In this document: positions 52,915 to 64,000 of the stretch, piece after piece
Numbering within the stretch: position 1 is the stretch's first letter
Layout of the letters: every line of letters begins with the position of its first letter
From: Octopus vulgaris
Taxonomy: Eukaryota
Direction of reading: 5' to 3'
NCBI GenBank assembly: GCA_951406725.2
Contig: OX597817.1
Span: 25,792,001 to 25,856,000 of the forward strand
Length of the DNA: 64,000 nucleotides
Translations under genes and position numbers: made by a program
Notes under the pieces: model-generated
Database searches by the model: none
Told to the model about the DNA's origin: nothing
Seen by the model: only the letters and a program-made list of their open reading frames with translations

Positions 52915-53125
52915 CTCATCATCATCATCGTTTAATGTCTGCTTCCCATGCTAGCATGGGTTGGACAATTTTGACTGAGGGCTGGCGAACTAGATGGCTG
53001 CACCAGGCTCCAATCTTGATCTGGCAGAGTTTCTATACAGCTGGATGCCCTTCCTAATGCCAACCACTCCGAGAGTGTAGTGGGTGCTTTTACATGCCAC
53101 CGGCACTAGGGCCAGTCAGGCGGTA
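52915..53125 (-). mobile_element. RTE 3' UTR fragment (family B)
   Basis: Family B motifs. Confidence 0.8.
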
Positions 53126-53308
53126 ATCTGATATAGAATAATTCAACGAAGAGGAGGACAAAATCTGTGAGATAGCAGCTCAATCCAGAGAGCAGGGTGT
53201 CCTTCAGTTTGACAAAATGAAGTTGTCAATGAGCTTGCATTAGCTAAAAATTCCATATCTCAAATTAAATAAAGTGTTGGAATTCTTGGATCTAAATATT
53301 ATATGTAA

Positions 53309-54949
53309 CTAGCAGTATCGCCCGGCGTTGCTCGGGTTTGTTTCGACCCGCTGGAATTGTAATTTTGAAAAGTAAAAATTTTGTGAACATTTTTCTGGTC
53401 GAAATACACCGAAAAGTGGCGACACAGCAGTGAAAAAATCGTAAAAAATAGGGATTTTCATAGAAAAAAGCATCTTTTTGATGTAAATAATTTTTGGTGT
53501 TAACATGGTCCGATTTGAATTTTATGTTCTACGGAAGGAAGAGCAACCCTTCTTCTACCATACTCTCAATTTTGGTCAACTTTCGCCGCAGGGTCTCGGA
53601 GGAGATAGTGTTAGTTGAAGGTTACCATTCTAGGTGCCTGAGTAACAACCTCGCAGATTTACAGATAAATGAATTAATTACTATTTTACAGAATAAAATT
53701 AAATAATTCTTGAAAATTAATTAATATTAATATTTTTTGAACAAAGTAAATAATTTTTAAAACTTAAATAATTTTTTTTACACAAACGCGAACGGGGAAA
53801 AGGGGGTGGCGAAATCGATTTACATACCTACATTTTTTCTTTTTCATGACATTGTAGCAAAATAGTAGTGAATTATATAAATACCAGCAGTACATTTTTT
53901 TTCAACCTCGTCACATATTTGCCCCTTTCAATTTAAACAAAGTCTTAATTAAGCAATTACGGCAGCTTAGCAATGGTTTCAATACAGGCGTGACATGTGT
54001 ATCTCAATTGTTCAAAACCCTTCGAATATTTTCGCACGTGATGATATCATAGTGAAAACTTTCAATTACGCGCGCTTAGAAGTACGCTCGCAAATTAATA
54101 CTACCAAAATTTTGAAGTTCGCGCTCCGCTTGTGTGTGTGTGTGTGCGTGCTTTAGGTGTACGTAGGTATGTGTTTTTGTGTGTGTGTGTCACTGAAGCC
54201 ATACATACATATATACATACATAACCTCTCTCTCTCTTTTCTCTCTCAGTCACTCACTACAAAAAGTGAATAAAAAAAGTTCAGTTATTTCTGTCTTTCA
54301 CTCTGTCTGTCTCTTTACACACACTAACAAAAGCACTTCACTTACACACCACACTTTCTGTGTCGCACAACCCATCAAACACACACACACACACACACAC
54401 ACACTCACGCACGCACACATGTACATCAATGCTTTCGGAGTGAAATGTTAAAATATTGAGTTTTCTCGAATTTTGTCTTAATTGGGGGTGAAATTGAAAG
54501 AAATATATTATGGCATGACCGAATGGAGTACCTTGAAAAATCTTAGGTAAACTCTAATTGAAGAAATTGTGTGAGGAGTAAATCGTTATGTATTTATTTG
54601 TTTCTGTTTGCTGTGTTTTTTTATTTTTTGAGTAGTGGTTTAAATACTTTCAGTTTAGTCTTCCTCAAATCACTCTGTCGCTATTTACTTTCATTTTATT
54701 CGTTGCACACTGTGTGTGTGCGTGTGGTGTAAACCACATTAAGAAAAGCATTTGACATACACACCAGAATGTGAGTTTTCTGTAAATTTTGCTTAATTAG
54801 AGTTTAAATTTTAAAAACTGGACCTGGCATGACCCGATGCATTCTACTCTTAAAAATGCTAGGTAAATTGTAATTGAAGAAATCCTATATTGTAGATTTC
54901 TATAAGTTACAAAGGGAGGCAGATAAAATCTGCCTTTTATAATAAGAGA
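53309..54949 (-). mobile_element. Non-autonomous Helitron (~1.64 kb)
   Basis: Minus strand runs 5' TC (TCTCTTATTATAAAAGGCAG) to a 3' hairpin CCCGAGCAACGCCGGG plus CTAG, at an A|T insertion site. It has an internal diverged direct repeat (~54450-54570 / ~54765-54885). Confidence 0.8.
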
Positions 54950-55789
54950 TTTTTCGGCTACACATAGTTTGCATCTCTTTCATTCATTTACATATGACAG
55001 AATTTTTACACGATGCTCCACTTTATTGTATTTGATGTGTGGTTGGTCTTCTGATCTCATACATGACTAGTTAATTTATTAGTAGCTTTAATTTGTTGAT
55101 ATGTCAGAAAGAAGACTGATGGTTTGCCTATCGTCTTTTACAATTTCCTTCAAATAAACCTATGTAATTTTTCTTTTAAATTAGGCTATTTTGAAGAATT
55201 GCAGTGACGTCAGCTTCATAAATGAATGAATTTATCAAACATGCCTAACCATATGTGTGGGTTATTTTATGTGCATGTGAGTAGGAGAGAGAGAGAGGTG
55301 GGGAGAGGAATTGAACAGCACAAACTGGATAAATGAAACAAAAGATAAGTATATTCGCTTCTTTTATATTTTATTGGCAGAAAAATTATAAAGTACTTCA
55401 CCAAATGTTCAGATATCAGCAGCATTGAAGCTACTTACATTAAATATCAGCTCTTATGGAGATATGATATATACTGTACAAGCAATATGTTCATATACAA
55501 CCATATGTTCATATGAGGGTTCTTAACAATCAATTTTGTACCAGCAAAAGACCCAGAATATTCAAAACACTCCAAAAATCAATCAAAAAACTATAAAGAA
55601 GTGCAGGTTGAAAACCCTATGCAATACGAAGAACAGATAGCAAAATCTGGCATTAAATTATTTGAGTTCTGAAGAACTACTTGAGAAAGAATATTGTAGA
55701 AATACAGATGAAAAATGCCTGGAGGCAGTATTATTTAATGTAAGATTATATTTAAAAACTATAGTCATAGGTATTTTCTATTTTTCCCT

Positions 55790-56207
55790 TTTCTCTTTTA
55801 TTTTTTTCAGTCATTTGACTGTGGCTATGCTGGAGCACCACCTTTAGTCGAGCAAACGACCCCAGGACTTATTCTTTGGAAGCCTAGTACTTATTCTATC
55901 GGTCTCTTTTGTCGAACCGCTAAGTTATGGGGACGTAAACACACCAGCATCAGTTGCCAAGCGATGTTGGGGGGTGGGGGACAAACACAGACATACAAAC
56001 ATATACACACATATATATATATGTATTTATATATACATATATACGACAGGCTTCTTTCAGTTTCCGCCTACCAAATCCACTCACAAGGCTTTGGTCGGCC
56101 CGAGGCTATAGTAGAAGACACTTGCCCAAGGTGCCACACAGTGGGAATGAACCAGGAACCATGTGGTTGGTAAGCAAGCTACTTACCACACAGCCACTCC
56201 TGCACCT
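55790..56207 (-). mobile_element. SINE family A
   Basis: Near-consensus copy. Confidence 0.85.
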
Positions 56208-56865
56208 GCAGTATGAATACAAAATCTTAATGAAAATTAAAAAGGTTGAATGAACAAAACTGGAATAAGATGCAGTTTCCATGATATTTTTAGATACTTT
56301 TAAGCTACCGAGTTCAATGTCCTTAATTTTTTTTATCTAAAATTTGTTTAGATTGATATTTGTAGAAATGGCATGATCTGATGATTCAAGAAGGAAGCTT
56401 CACACCTGACCAATTAGAAATAGCTGTCAAATGTTTCACAACTCTCACACTATCATCTTTAAAATATCTAAGGACCCATGGGATAACTTAATTCTTGATA
56501 TAGTGAATGCACATGGCAAGGATACTTTAGTTCAGAGTTATGCTAGATGAGGATCAATTTGGTGCAGTCTAATGCAATTCTCGAGGAAAGTATGTCAATA
56601 CAATTTTAGTGTAGAATAAGACACAAAAGGAATGAAGAGAATAACAAAGTTGGAGGAATTAGTTGGGTAAAGTGGAATTGGGATTAGCACTTGTTATTTA
56701 TGAAGTGGAAATGTCATTGACCTACCAAGAGAAGATTTAAAGAGAAAAGATATTGTAAGAGTGTGAACCACTGGTTGAAGAGAGTTTGTTTTTGTATTGC
56801 TGTACAGACAGATGGTCTTAAATGCTTTCATATATGCTTTGATCTACTAGAAAATTTCTGTTTAA

Positions 56866-57087
56866 CCCTTTCATTACCGTATTTATTTTGAGATGCTCTG
56901 TGTTTCATTTAATTAATTTTAAATATAAGAAAGACTTTAATAAAAGAACTTGGTTATCATTAAGCTAGTGCTGGGAACATAAATTGTGACTAAGGTTTGG
57001 TGGAAGATTTTAATTCAGTACTTATGAAAGTAAGACATTTGTACTACAGGGCCAGAGGTGGTTTTGGCCGGGTTGGTATCAAAAGGG
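56866..57087. mobile_element. piggyBac-like MITE
   Basis: TTAA|CCCTTTCATTACC...GGTATCAAAAGGG|TTAA. Inverted sister of 7992-8215. Confidence 0.8.
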
Positions 57088-57322
57088 TTAAAGAGCAGCC
57101 AGATAACTTAACAGTGACTTCAGGAACCTGGGATTGTTCTACAGCAGGACATTCTGAGACTATATGCAGGATTAAGATATAATCCCAGTTATTTTATTGT
57201 TGCTGTTTTGTACCAGGTCAGCTTTGAGTCAGCAATATTTCTTTTATTAAGAACAAAGCACTTTTGTAAATTAAAAGATAAAACTGATTATATTAAGGAT
57301 TAAATTAATATTAGATTTCTAC

Positions 57323-57736
57323 AGGCGCAGGAGTGGCTGTGTGGTAAGTAGCATGCTTACCAGCCACATGGTTCCAGGTTCAATCCCACTGCATGACATC
57401 TTGGGCAAGTGTCTTCTACTATAGCCTCGGGCCAACCAAAGCCTTGTGAGTGGATTTGGTAGATGGAAACTGAATGAAGCCTGTCGTATATATGTATATA
57501 TATATATGTGTGTGTATGTTTGTGTGTCTGTGTTTGTCCCCCTAGCATTGCTTGACAACCGATGCTGGTGTGTTTATGTCCCCGTCACTTAGCAGTTCGG
57601 CAAAAGAGACCGATAGAATAAGTACTAGGCTTACAAAGAATAAGTCCCGGGGTCAATTTGCTCGACTAAAGGTGGTGCTCCAGCATGGCCGCAGTCAAAT
57701 GACTGAAACAAGTAAAAGAGTAAAAGAGTAAAAGAG
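57323..57736 (+). mobile_element. SINE family A
   Basis: Near-consensus copy with a (GTAAAAGA)3 tail. Confidence 0.85.
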
Positions 57737-59535
57737 TGAATTTTGAAGAATTCAGCAGATGTTATACATTTCTTATTCAGCATGTATATATATTTAAATA
57801 TGTAACTTGTACAGATGTACTAATTTGAATGTATTCCATAACATCTAGTCAATAGCATATTTATGCATAGTAAAAAAACAAAATAAACCTTAAGAAATGT
57901 TTTGTTTATCGCCATGACAGTAGTGCATCTGTCAATTTAAATTCATGACACTTTCTTAGAAACCATGAAAATAGTGCTTATGTCACCTTGAATTCTACAA
58001 CATATTTAGAAGGAACAATTCAGATCTTTCTGAATATATGATATTTCAGCGGCATTAAAAAGGCATAATGAGAAGTTTTGCTTGGGTTCCATGTTGTCTA
58101 ACACAGTTATTTTCTTAAAAACTGTCATAATATATATATCACATATAAATATATATTCAATACACAATGCTTTAGGGACACAATATATTTCCATTGCCAT
58201 TCAGTAAATATTGTACTATTATTTATAGTGGTGGTTTTGGTATCAGTCAATATTTTTATTAAATCTAGAATCCTATATTGCTATAGGTATTTTGAAATTG
58301 CTGATACTATGTCATTCACAATTCCTTATAGAAGAGGCACCATTTTCAGTGATGGTACAAAATTTGAACACAGAATATACAGAGCACAGAATATATATTC
58401 TACAAATTATCATTTAAGGCTTTCACAATATCACTATCCAGTACCTTTGACTGGTACTTGGTTTATCAATCCCTAAAGGATGAGTTAACCTCAGTAGAGT
58501 TTGATCTCAGAATGTTGAATGCTGGAACGAATACCATGAATCATTATACTCAACATTCAAGGGTTGATAAGTATTTCAATTTCTAAATGTCTTTCTAGAT
58601 ATGCTATTATAGTAGATGGCAAATTATCTAACATTTCATTTGAAATTACTACAAGTATATTTGTGCATATTCCTTTCTTACTTGGCTTTTTTGATAATTG
58701 TGAATGCTCTGCATACATTTGTAATATAAATGTTATACACAATTATATTATTTTTACATGAAGAAATATTGCAACTATAATTATTTCCTACCTCCTGATG
58801 CAGCAGCCTTTTCTTCGACTGAAATAAGAATAAATAAAATTTCTGTGACTGTTAACGTTTGTTCTTAAGCGATTTCTACAAATAGTTATAACTAATGTAT
58901 TAAAACAATAAAAAAAGTTTAAAGCATTAACTAGCAAAAAAAACAAATTACAACTTGAATAAATATTCCACTCTTTTTTTTAAATTAAATACATAAGCAA
59001 GAGAAATAAAGTTAGTTGTATTTACAAAAGAACTCCAGCTTTGCTGATACTGTTAACTTAGAAACTTGAGCATGATTCGGAAATGAATAATAAAAAAATT
59101 ATCAATCCTTCTTTCAGTGAATAAATTCATAACAGGAAATATCATGACTTTTAATACTAATTATATAGTTAAATACCAAAACATTTCTTCTGGTTTTATT
59201 TGATCAATTATATACACACAGCAGCACAAACATACTCATATACATACATACATTTTATATATGCATATACATACATGGGTGTGTGTATTTATGTGTATGT
59301 GTATGTGTGTGTGTTTGTCGTTGTAGATGATTATGTATATGTTACTTTTATTATTAGACAATGTTACAAGAGTAACTCATGTGTATATAGAAACATTCTA
59401 AATTACATATGAAACTGCTGGCTGAAACAAAATCAATTATCAGTGCTCATATAGTGAATGTTATTCTAAAAAATAGAGCTGCATGAAGAATTCAAAGACT
59501 GGTGGGTATAACAGTAAGTAAAAATGAAATGGAAC

Positions 59536-59573
<38 letters not shown>

Positions 59574-59804
59574 ATATAATAAAATATTAGGGAATAAATC
59601 CAAACTTACAGGGAAAAATCAGATTTAGGATTAAATCCAATTTTATAGTATAAATATATTATATTATATTATATTAAATTAGAGATAAAACCACTATTAG
59701 GCAAATCAAACAATGAAAAACATAAGCCAATACATAAAATTAATTTAATTTATATTATTTTAAATATATATCAAAAGTATTAAAAGTTTAATAAAAGATA
59801 AAGA

Positions 59805-59850
<46 letters not shown>

Positions 59851-60585
59851 GTTTATCAATTCGTTTTGCAAGATTCCTGATGTGAAATCGTGTGTTGAAA
59901 CAGATATTGTTGTATTTCGGGATTGGTAATTTTTTTTTTGCCAAATAAACACACGCACTATATATATATATTTTTTCTTCTTCCCTCAATTATTACTGTT
60001 CTTATTTTATTATTTTAAATCATGTCCATTGTCCAGAATTCTTTTCTCACACATCTGTGACTTTTTCAATGACACTTTTCGTTTTCGCATGTGTTCTTAC
60101 TCCACTTACTCCAGTCTGTTCGGCTAAAATGTGTATCCTTGTATCTGCATGTATTTGTGTCCTTGTTTGTGTGTGTGTGTGCGTGCTTGTGTGTGTCATA
60201 GCTTTTGGCCGCAGTGTGGCCTTCCCCTCAGCCCCATCCTCTCACCTCATTGCACTGCAGCTATCCTAAGACCTGAAAAAAAATTATATATGGTACAGTT
60301 CCTGTCTTCTTCTGTGTATGTGTGTTCGTCCATGATGTTGCCATTGTGGTAGTTGTTGTTGTTGTTGTTATTATTGCCATTGTTGGCACCACTGCTGCTG
60401 CTGACCATGTTAGTTGTGTTGTTGACATTGTTATGGTCATCCATGAAGTTTTATGTGTGTGTGTGTGGGGGGGGTCGCTTCATATGTATCAATGCCCTTT
60501 ATATAGTTTTATCTATTTATAAGAATCTAACAAAACAGTCCCACAAATTGGAACGTGAAACTCTGAGTATCATCATATATATGTA

Positions 60586-61862
60586 CTGGGTGGGGAAGCA
60601 AAATTTACAATATTTTGAGGCAGGGATTGAAAGACAGTGTATGACCAATTTGTTTATTGAAAGTTATGAGAATTTATTTGCCACAAGAAAATTTACATAA
60701 CAGAAAATGTTTTTATTCTGTGTTCTCCTTTCTCAATAACTGCCTTCACACACTTCCTGAAACTTTCACAGGCGTTCCTCAAATATTCGGGAGACAACTT
60801 ATCCCATTCTTCTTTAATACTATTTTTAAGAGAGTCGACATTGCTGCGTGATGTTCTATTGGTAGCATGTTCTAAAACGCCCCAAATAGCATAATCCAGA
60901 GAGTTTAGATTTGGGCTAGAAGGTGGCCATAAACATGATTCCAAAAAATGCTGAAGTTGGATTTGCAGAAATCTTGTATTTTTCTAGCTGTGTGGGCTGG
61001 AGCACCATCCCGTGTCCATACATAATTACCATCTGGGTTGTATGCTTTAAGCCATGGCAATACCTCGTATCTCAGAGTCTTGTAGTAAGTATTAACATTG
61101 ATCTTTTCATCAGCTTTGTAGAATTTTATAGGCATTTTCTTTCCATCGGAAGCCACAACACCAAAAGCCATAACTTGAACAGGATCTTTTGTTTTGAATG
61201 TCCCCTTAACCTCAGCTGTTGATTTTGCGATAAATATGTCATTTCTGCTGTTCAGAACAGCATCGACAGTGAAGATCTTTTCATTTGAAAAGATCGTTAC
61301 AATGGAGGACTTTTTCTTGAACCATGTAATAATTTTCTTGCACCTCTCCAATTTCTTTTCCTTCATAGCTGTTATCAACAAGTATTTTGGTGTTTTTGTG
61401 TAAGATTTTAACCTCAAATCATATTTTACAGCATTTCTAACGGTCTTGTTGTCTACCTCAAATTTAATTGCCATTGTTCTCATGGATTTGGTTGGATCCT
61501 TTAGGATTTGAGAGCTTTAATAAAAGCTTTGGTATGTTTTTTGTTGATTGCTCAACTTTCAGACTTCCTCGTAATAGTTTTGCTCATAGTCATTCTATTC
61601 TTTGCTTTATAAATAGTCTTTATGGACACTCCAACTATTTTTGAAATCTCCTTTGGTGTGACGAGTGCATTCAGAAAATCACACACACTTTGACTTTTGC
61701 CTTCCCGATTACTCATATGGGCAAAAGTTTCTGAAAAGGTAATGATAATAGTGTTAGGTATGATTATGACATCAATATATGCTAGGTTTCAAAACAATTG
61801 ACTTAGTGCCTCCTGAGAAAAAACAACATAGCGTTCATTGTAAATTTTACTTCCCCACCCTG
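60586..61862 (-). mobile_element. Full-length DD37D (maT) Tc1/mariner element, TA TSD
   Basis: 26-bp TIRs ctgggtggggaagcaaaatttacaat / attgtaaattttacttccccaccctg (24/26 match), with TA on both sides. Confidence 0.9.
60693..61716 (-). pseudogene. DD37D transposase, disrupted
   Basis: ATG at 61716 (MSNREGKSQ...), IFSNEK (first catalytic D changed to N), and DGAPAH...WPPSSPNLNSLDY with 37 residues between the Ds after repairing a 1-nt frameshift. A premature stop lies near 61553. Confidence 0.85.
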
Positions 61863-61866
61863 TAAA

Positions 61867-61941
<75 letters not shown>

Positions 61942-62455
61942 TTCTGTGTGTGTAAGTATGTATGTATAAACACAAAGAAACAGGGAATTTAAATCTGCAA
62001 AGATACCTTACGAGCGAGCACACTCATAAGATGCAGACTTGGCCAACCTAATCAAACTATAGGAAGCATTTAGAACCCTTTAGCATAAATAACTATACTG
62101 TACTCACTTCGACTGGCAAATCTTGGGTTCAGTTTCAATGGTTTTATGTAGAATATAGATTATACTATCCATACATGATAAGGAAGATGGAGGGTTCCCT
62201 GACGTTAAAGTTTATTGCATAAATATAATTTTTTTCATATTAAATTCCAAAATGTGTTTCGGCTGAATAAGTGCCTTAGGTTCCTTTGAGATAATAATTT
62301 GGGGCATTTAATAGATATATATTAAATCAAATGTAGTGCAGGTTCTAATTCGAAGGTTCACATTCCTGTACAGCTTTAGACCTTTATTTAGTGTAAACAT
62401 GTGTTGGAATGCAATATGAAGTGATAAAAATGTATAACTCTCAAGTGGTCCGTGA

Positions 62456-62490
<35 letters not shown>

Positions 62491-62514
62491 GTAGATATAT
62501 ATGTATAACTAATA

Positions 62515-62667
62515 TGGCTGGCCCCTTGAAATACAGGAGCTACTCATATTTTGCCAGCTGAGTGAACTGGAACAATGTGCAATAAAGCGTCTTGCCCAAG
62601 TACACAATGCGCCACCAGGAATCGAACTCGCAACCTTACGATCGTGAGCTGAAAACTCTAACCACTT
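62515..62667 (-). mobile_element. SINE family F fragment
   Basis: cagctgagtgaactgg...ccaggaatcgaactc, as in 27480-27626. Confidence 0.7.
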
Positions 62668-62980
62668 CAGGCAAGTATTTTCTACTATAGCCTCAGGCCA
62701 ACCAAAGCCTTGTGAGTGAATTTGGTAGACGGAAACTAAATGAAGCCCATCGTATAAATATATATATATGTATATGTTTGTGTGCCTGTGTTTGTCCACC
62801 TTAACATCGCTGAACAACCGATGTTGATGTGTTTACGTCCCTGTAACTTAGTGGTTAGGCAAAAGATTCCGGTAGAGTAAGTACTAGGCTTACAAAGAAT
62901 AAGTTCTGGGGTCGATTTGTACGACTAAAGGCGGTGCTCCAGCATGACCTCAGTCAGATGACTGATACAAATAAAAGAAT
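62668..62980 (+). mobile_element. SINE family A, 5'-truncated
   Basis: Body and tail match family A. Confidence 0.8.
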
Positions 62981-62993
62981 ATATAGAAACACA

Positions 62994-63415
62994 CAGGGTG
63001 TGGTGGATAAACTGTCATGTAAATTACGCAAAAATAAAAATAACACTGATGTCTCATTTTAACAGATATATTTACCAAACTTACATTAAAAGAACTTGAA
63101 ATACTATTGAGTAAATTTATTTCATAAATTCACCATTGGCTTCAACCACGGCCTCCAGACGACATCAGAATCTCTTGCAACTCTTCTTGAATGTCTCTGT
63201 TTAAGTTGGTGAATGCTGAGATAATCCTTGCCATCATTTCCTCTTTGGTGTTACAAGGAGTTTTGTTGATCTCTTGCTCAACTGCAACCTGCACATAATA
63301 ATCAAAGGGTTGCGGTCTGAGGAGTTAGGTGGCCAAATTTTAGGGGTGATATGGTTGCAGAAATTGTCTGACAGCCATGATTAGATTTTCCTACTTGTGA
63401 GGTATGGTAGAGAGA
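62994..63415 (-). mobile_element. 3' portion of a maT-like Tc1/mariner element
   Basis: Minus strand reads SWLSDNFCNHITPKIWPPNS..DYY..VEQEINKTPCNTKEE..RLEAVVEANGEF. TIR-like cagggtg at 62994. Confidence 0.8.
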
Positions 63416-63439
63416 CATAGGTTCTTCCTATGTTGCTAG

Positions 63440-63780
63440 GCCTTCGTATTGAGTGTGGGCTTGTATGGGAAGATGAATGGAGGCATAACATCACCATCAT
63501 TAGGATGCATAGTGTATACTCGCTCGATGGCCCCAATTCTGAAGACAGCATCTTCTTCCCAGTCCTCGATGAGTGTTCCTTGCTGGCGTTTGTTCCATCT
63601 AGTGTGCACCTAGTTATAGTACATGGGGACCTCTACATAAAACAGTGTTCAGGCAAACAGATCACATTGGCATAATTTGAAGAGAGCAGTCAAAGTGGTT
63701 TCTCATGAATTCAGAACTACGTTTCGAGCATTATCTTCTGTGAAATATACGCGCTGGCCATTTTCAAGATGTACAGATAG
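63440..63780 (-). pseudogene. Helitron RepHel coding fragment
   Basis: Minus strand reads LSVHLENGQRVYFTEDNA..TTLTALFKLCQCDLFA*TLFYVEVP.YY*..W.KRQQG..IERVYTMHP, the conserved Rep-helicase linker of Helitrons. In-frame stops are present. Confidence 0.85.
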
Positions 63781-64000
63781 ATTTTAAGAAGGTGTTCCTA
63801 CATGTAAACAGGGTGTGACTTTTGTGTTGACAGTGCATTTGTCTAAAAGAAGAACAGTTCTTCATTCAACGCTTGTCAATTAGCTGAAATGACGTGAAAG
63901 GCATCCCCATTCATGGTGTATTCCTGAATACATCAATAACCAAAATAAGTGCATCTATTGTTTAGGAAAATACTATTTATTTGTTTGGGGGTGGTACTGG

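Noticed and set aside
60247-60444. Asn-rich ORF MDDHNNVNN...
   Set aside because: It is explained by degenerate (TTG)n repeats. The nearby 27-nt acceptor/donor-bounded segment has stops in all frames.
63430-63675. Plus-strand 81-aa ORF
   Set aside because: It is an antisense shadow of the Helitron RepHel fragment.

Overview
AT-rich, repeat-dense eukaryotic DNA with no confidently identifiable host protein-coding gene. It is probably intronic or intergenic. The SINE families, (TA)n/(CAT)n microsatellites and RTE tails look like a coleoid cephalopod (Octopus-like) genome; that is an inference. The window holds dozens of tRNA-derived SINEs from at least four head families, which share or swap modules. 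It also holds 3' fragments of RTE, CR1, L1/Tx1 and Penelope retrotransposons, mariner and DD37D (maT) Tc1/mariner elements, TTAA-flanked MITEs, non-autonomous Helitrons with a RepHel fragment, and long microsatellites. Most listed ORFs are microsatellite or repeat artefacts. The most notable structure is a set of (TA)n-embedded elements, each an inverted repeat plus a one-sided tail. The youngest (22398-23020) is a near-perfect palindrome with ~214-bp arms. Each arm carries a complete minimal type I hammerhead ribozyme motif, as described for Penelope-like element pseudo-LTRs. All coordinates were read by eye and are approximate to a few bases.
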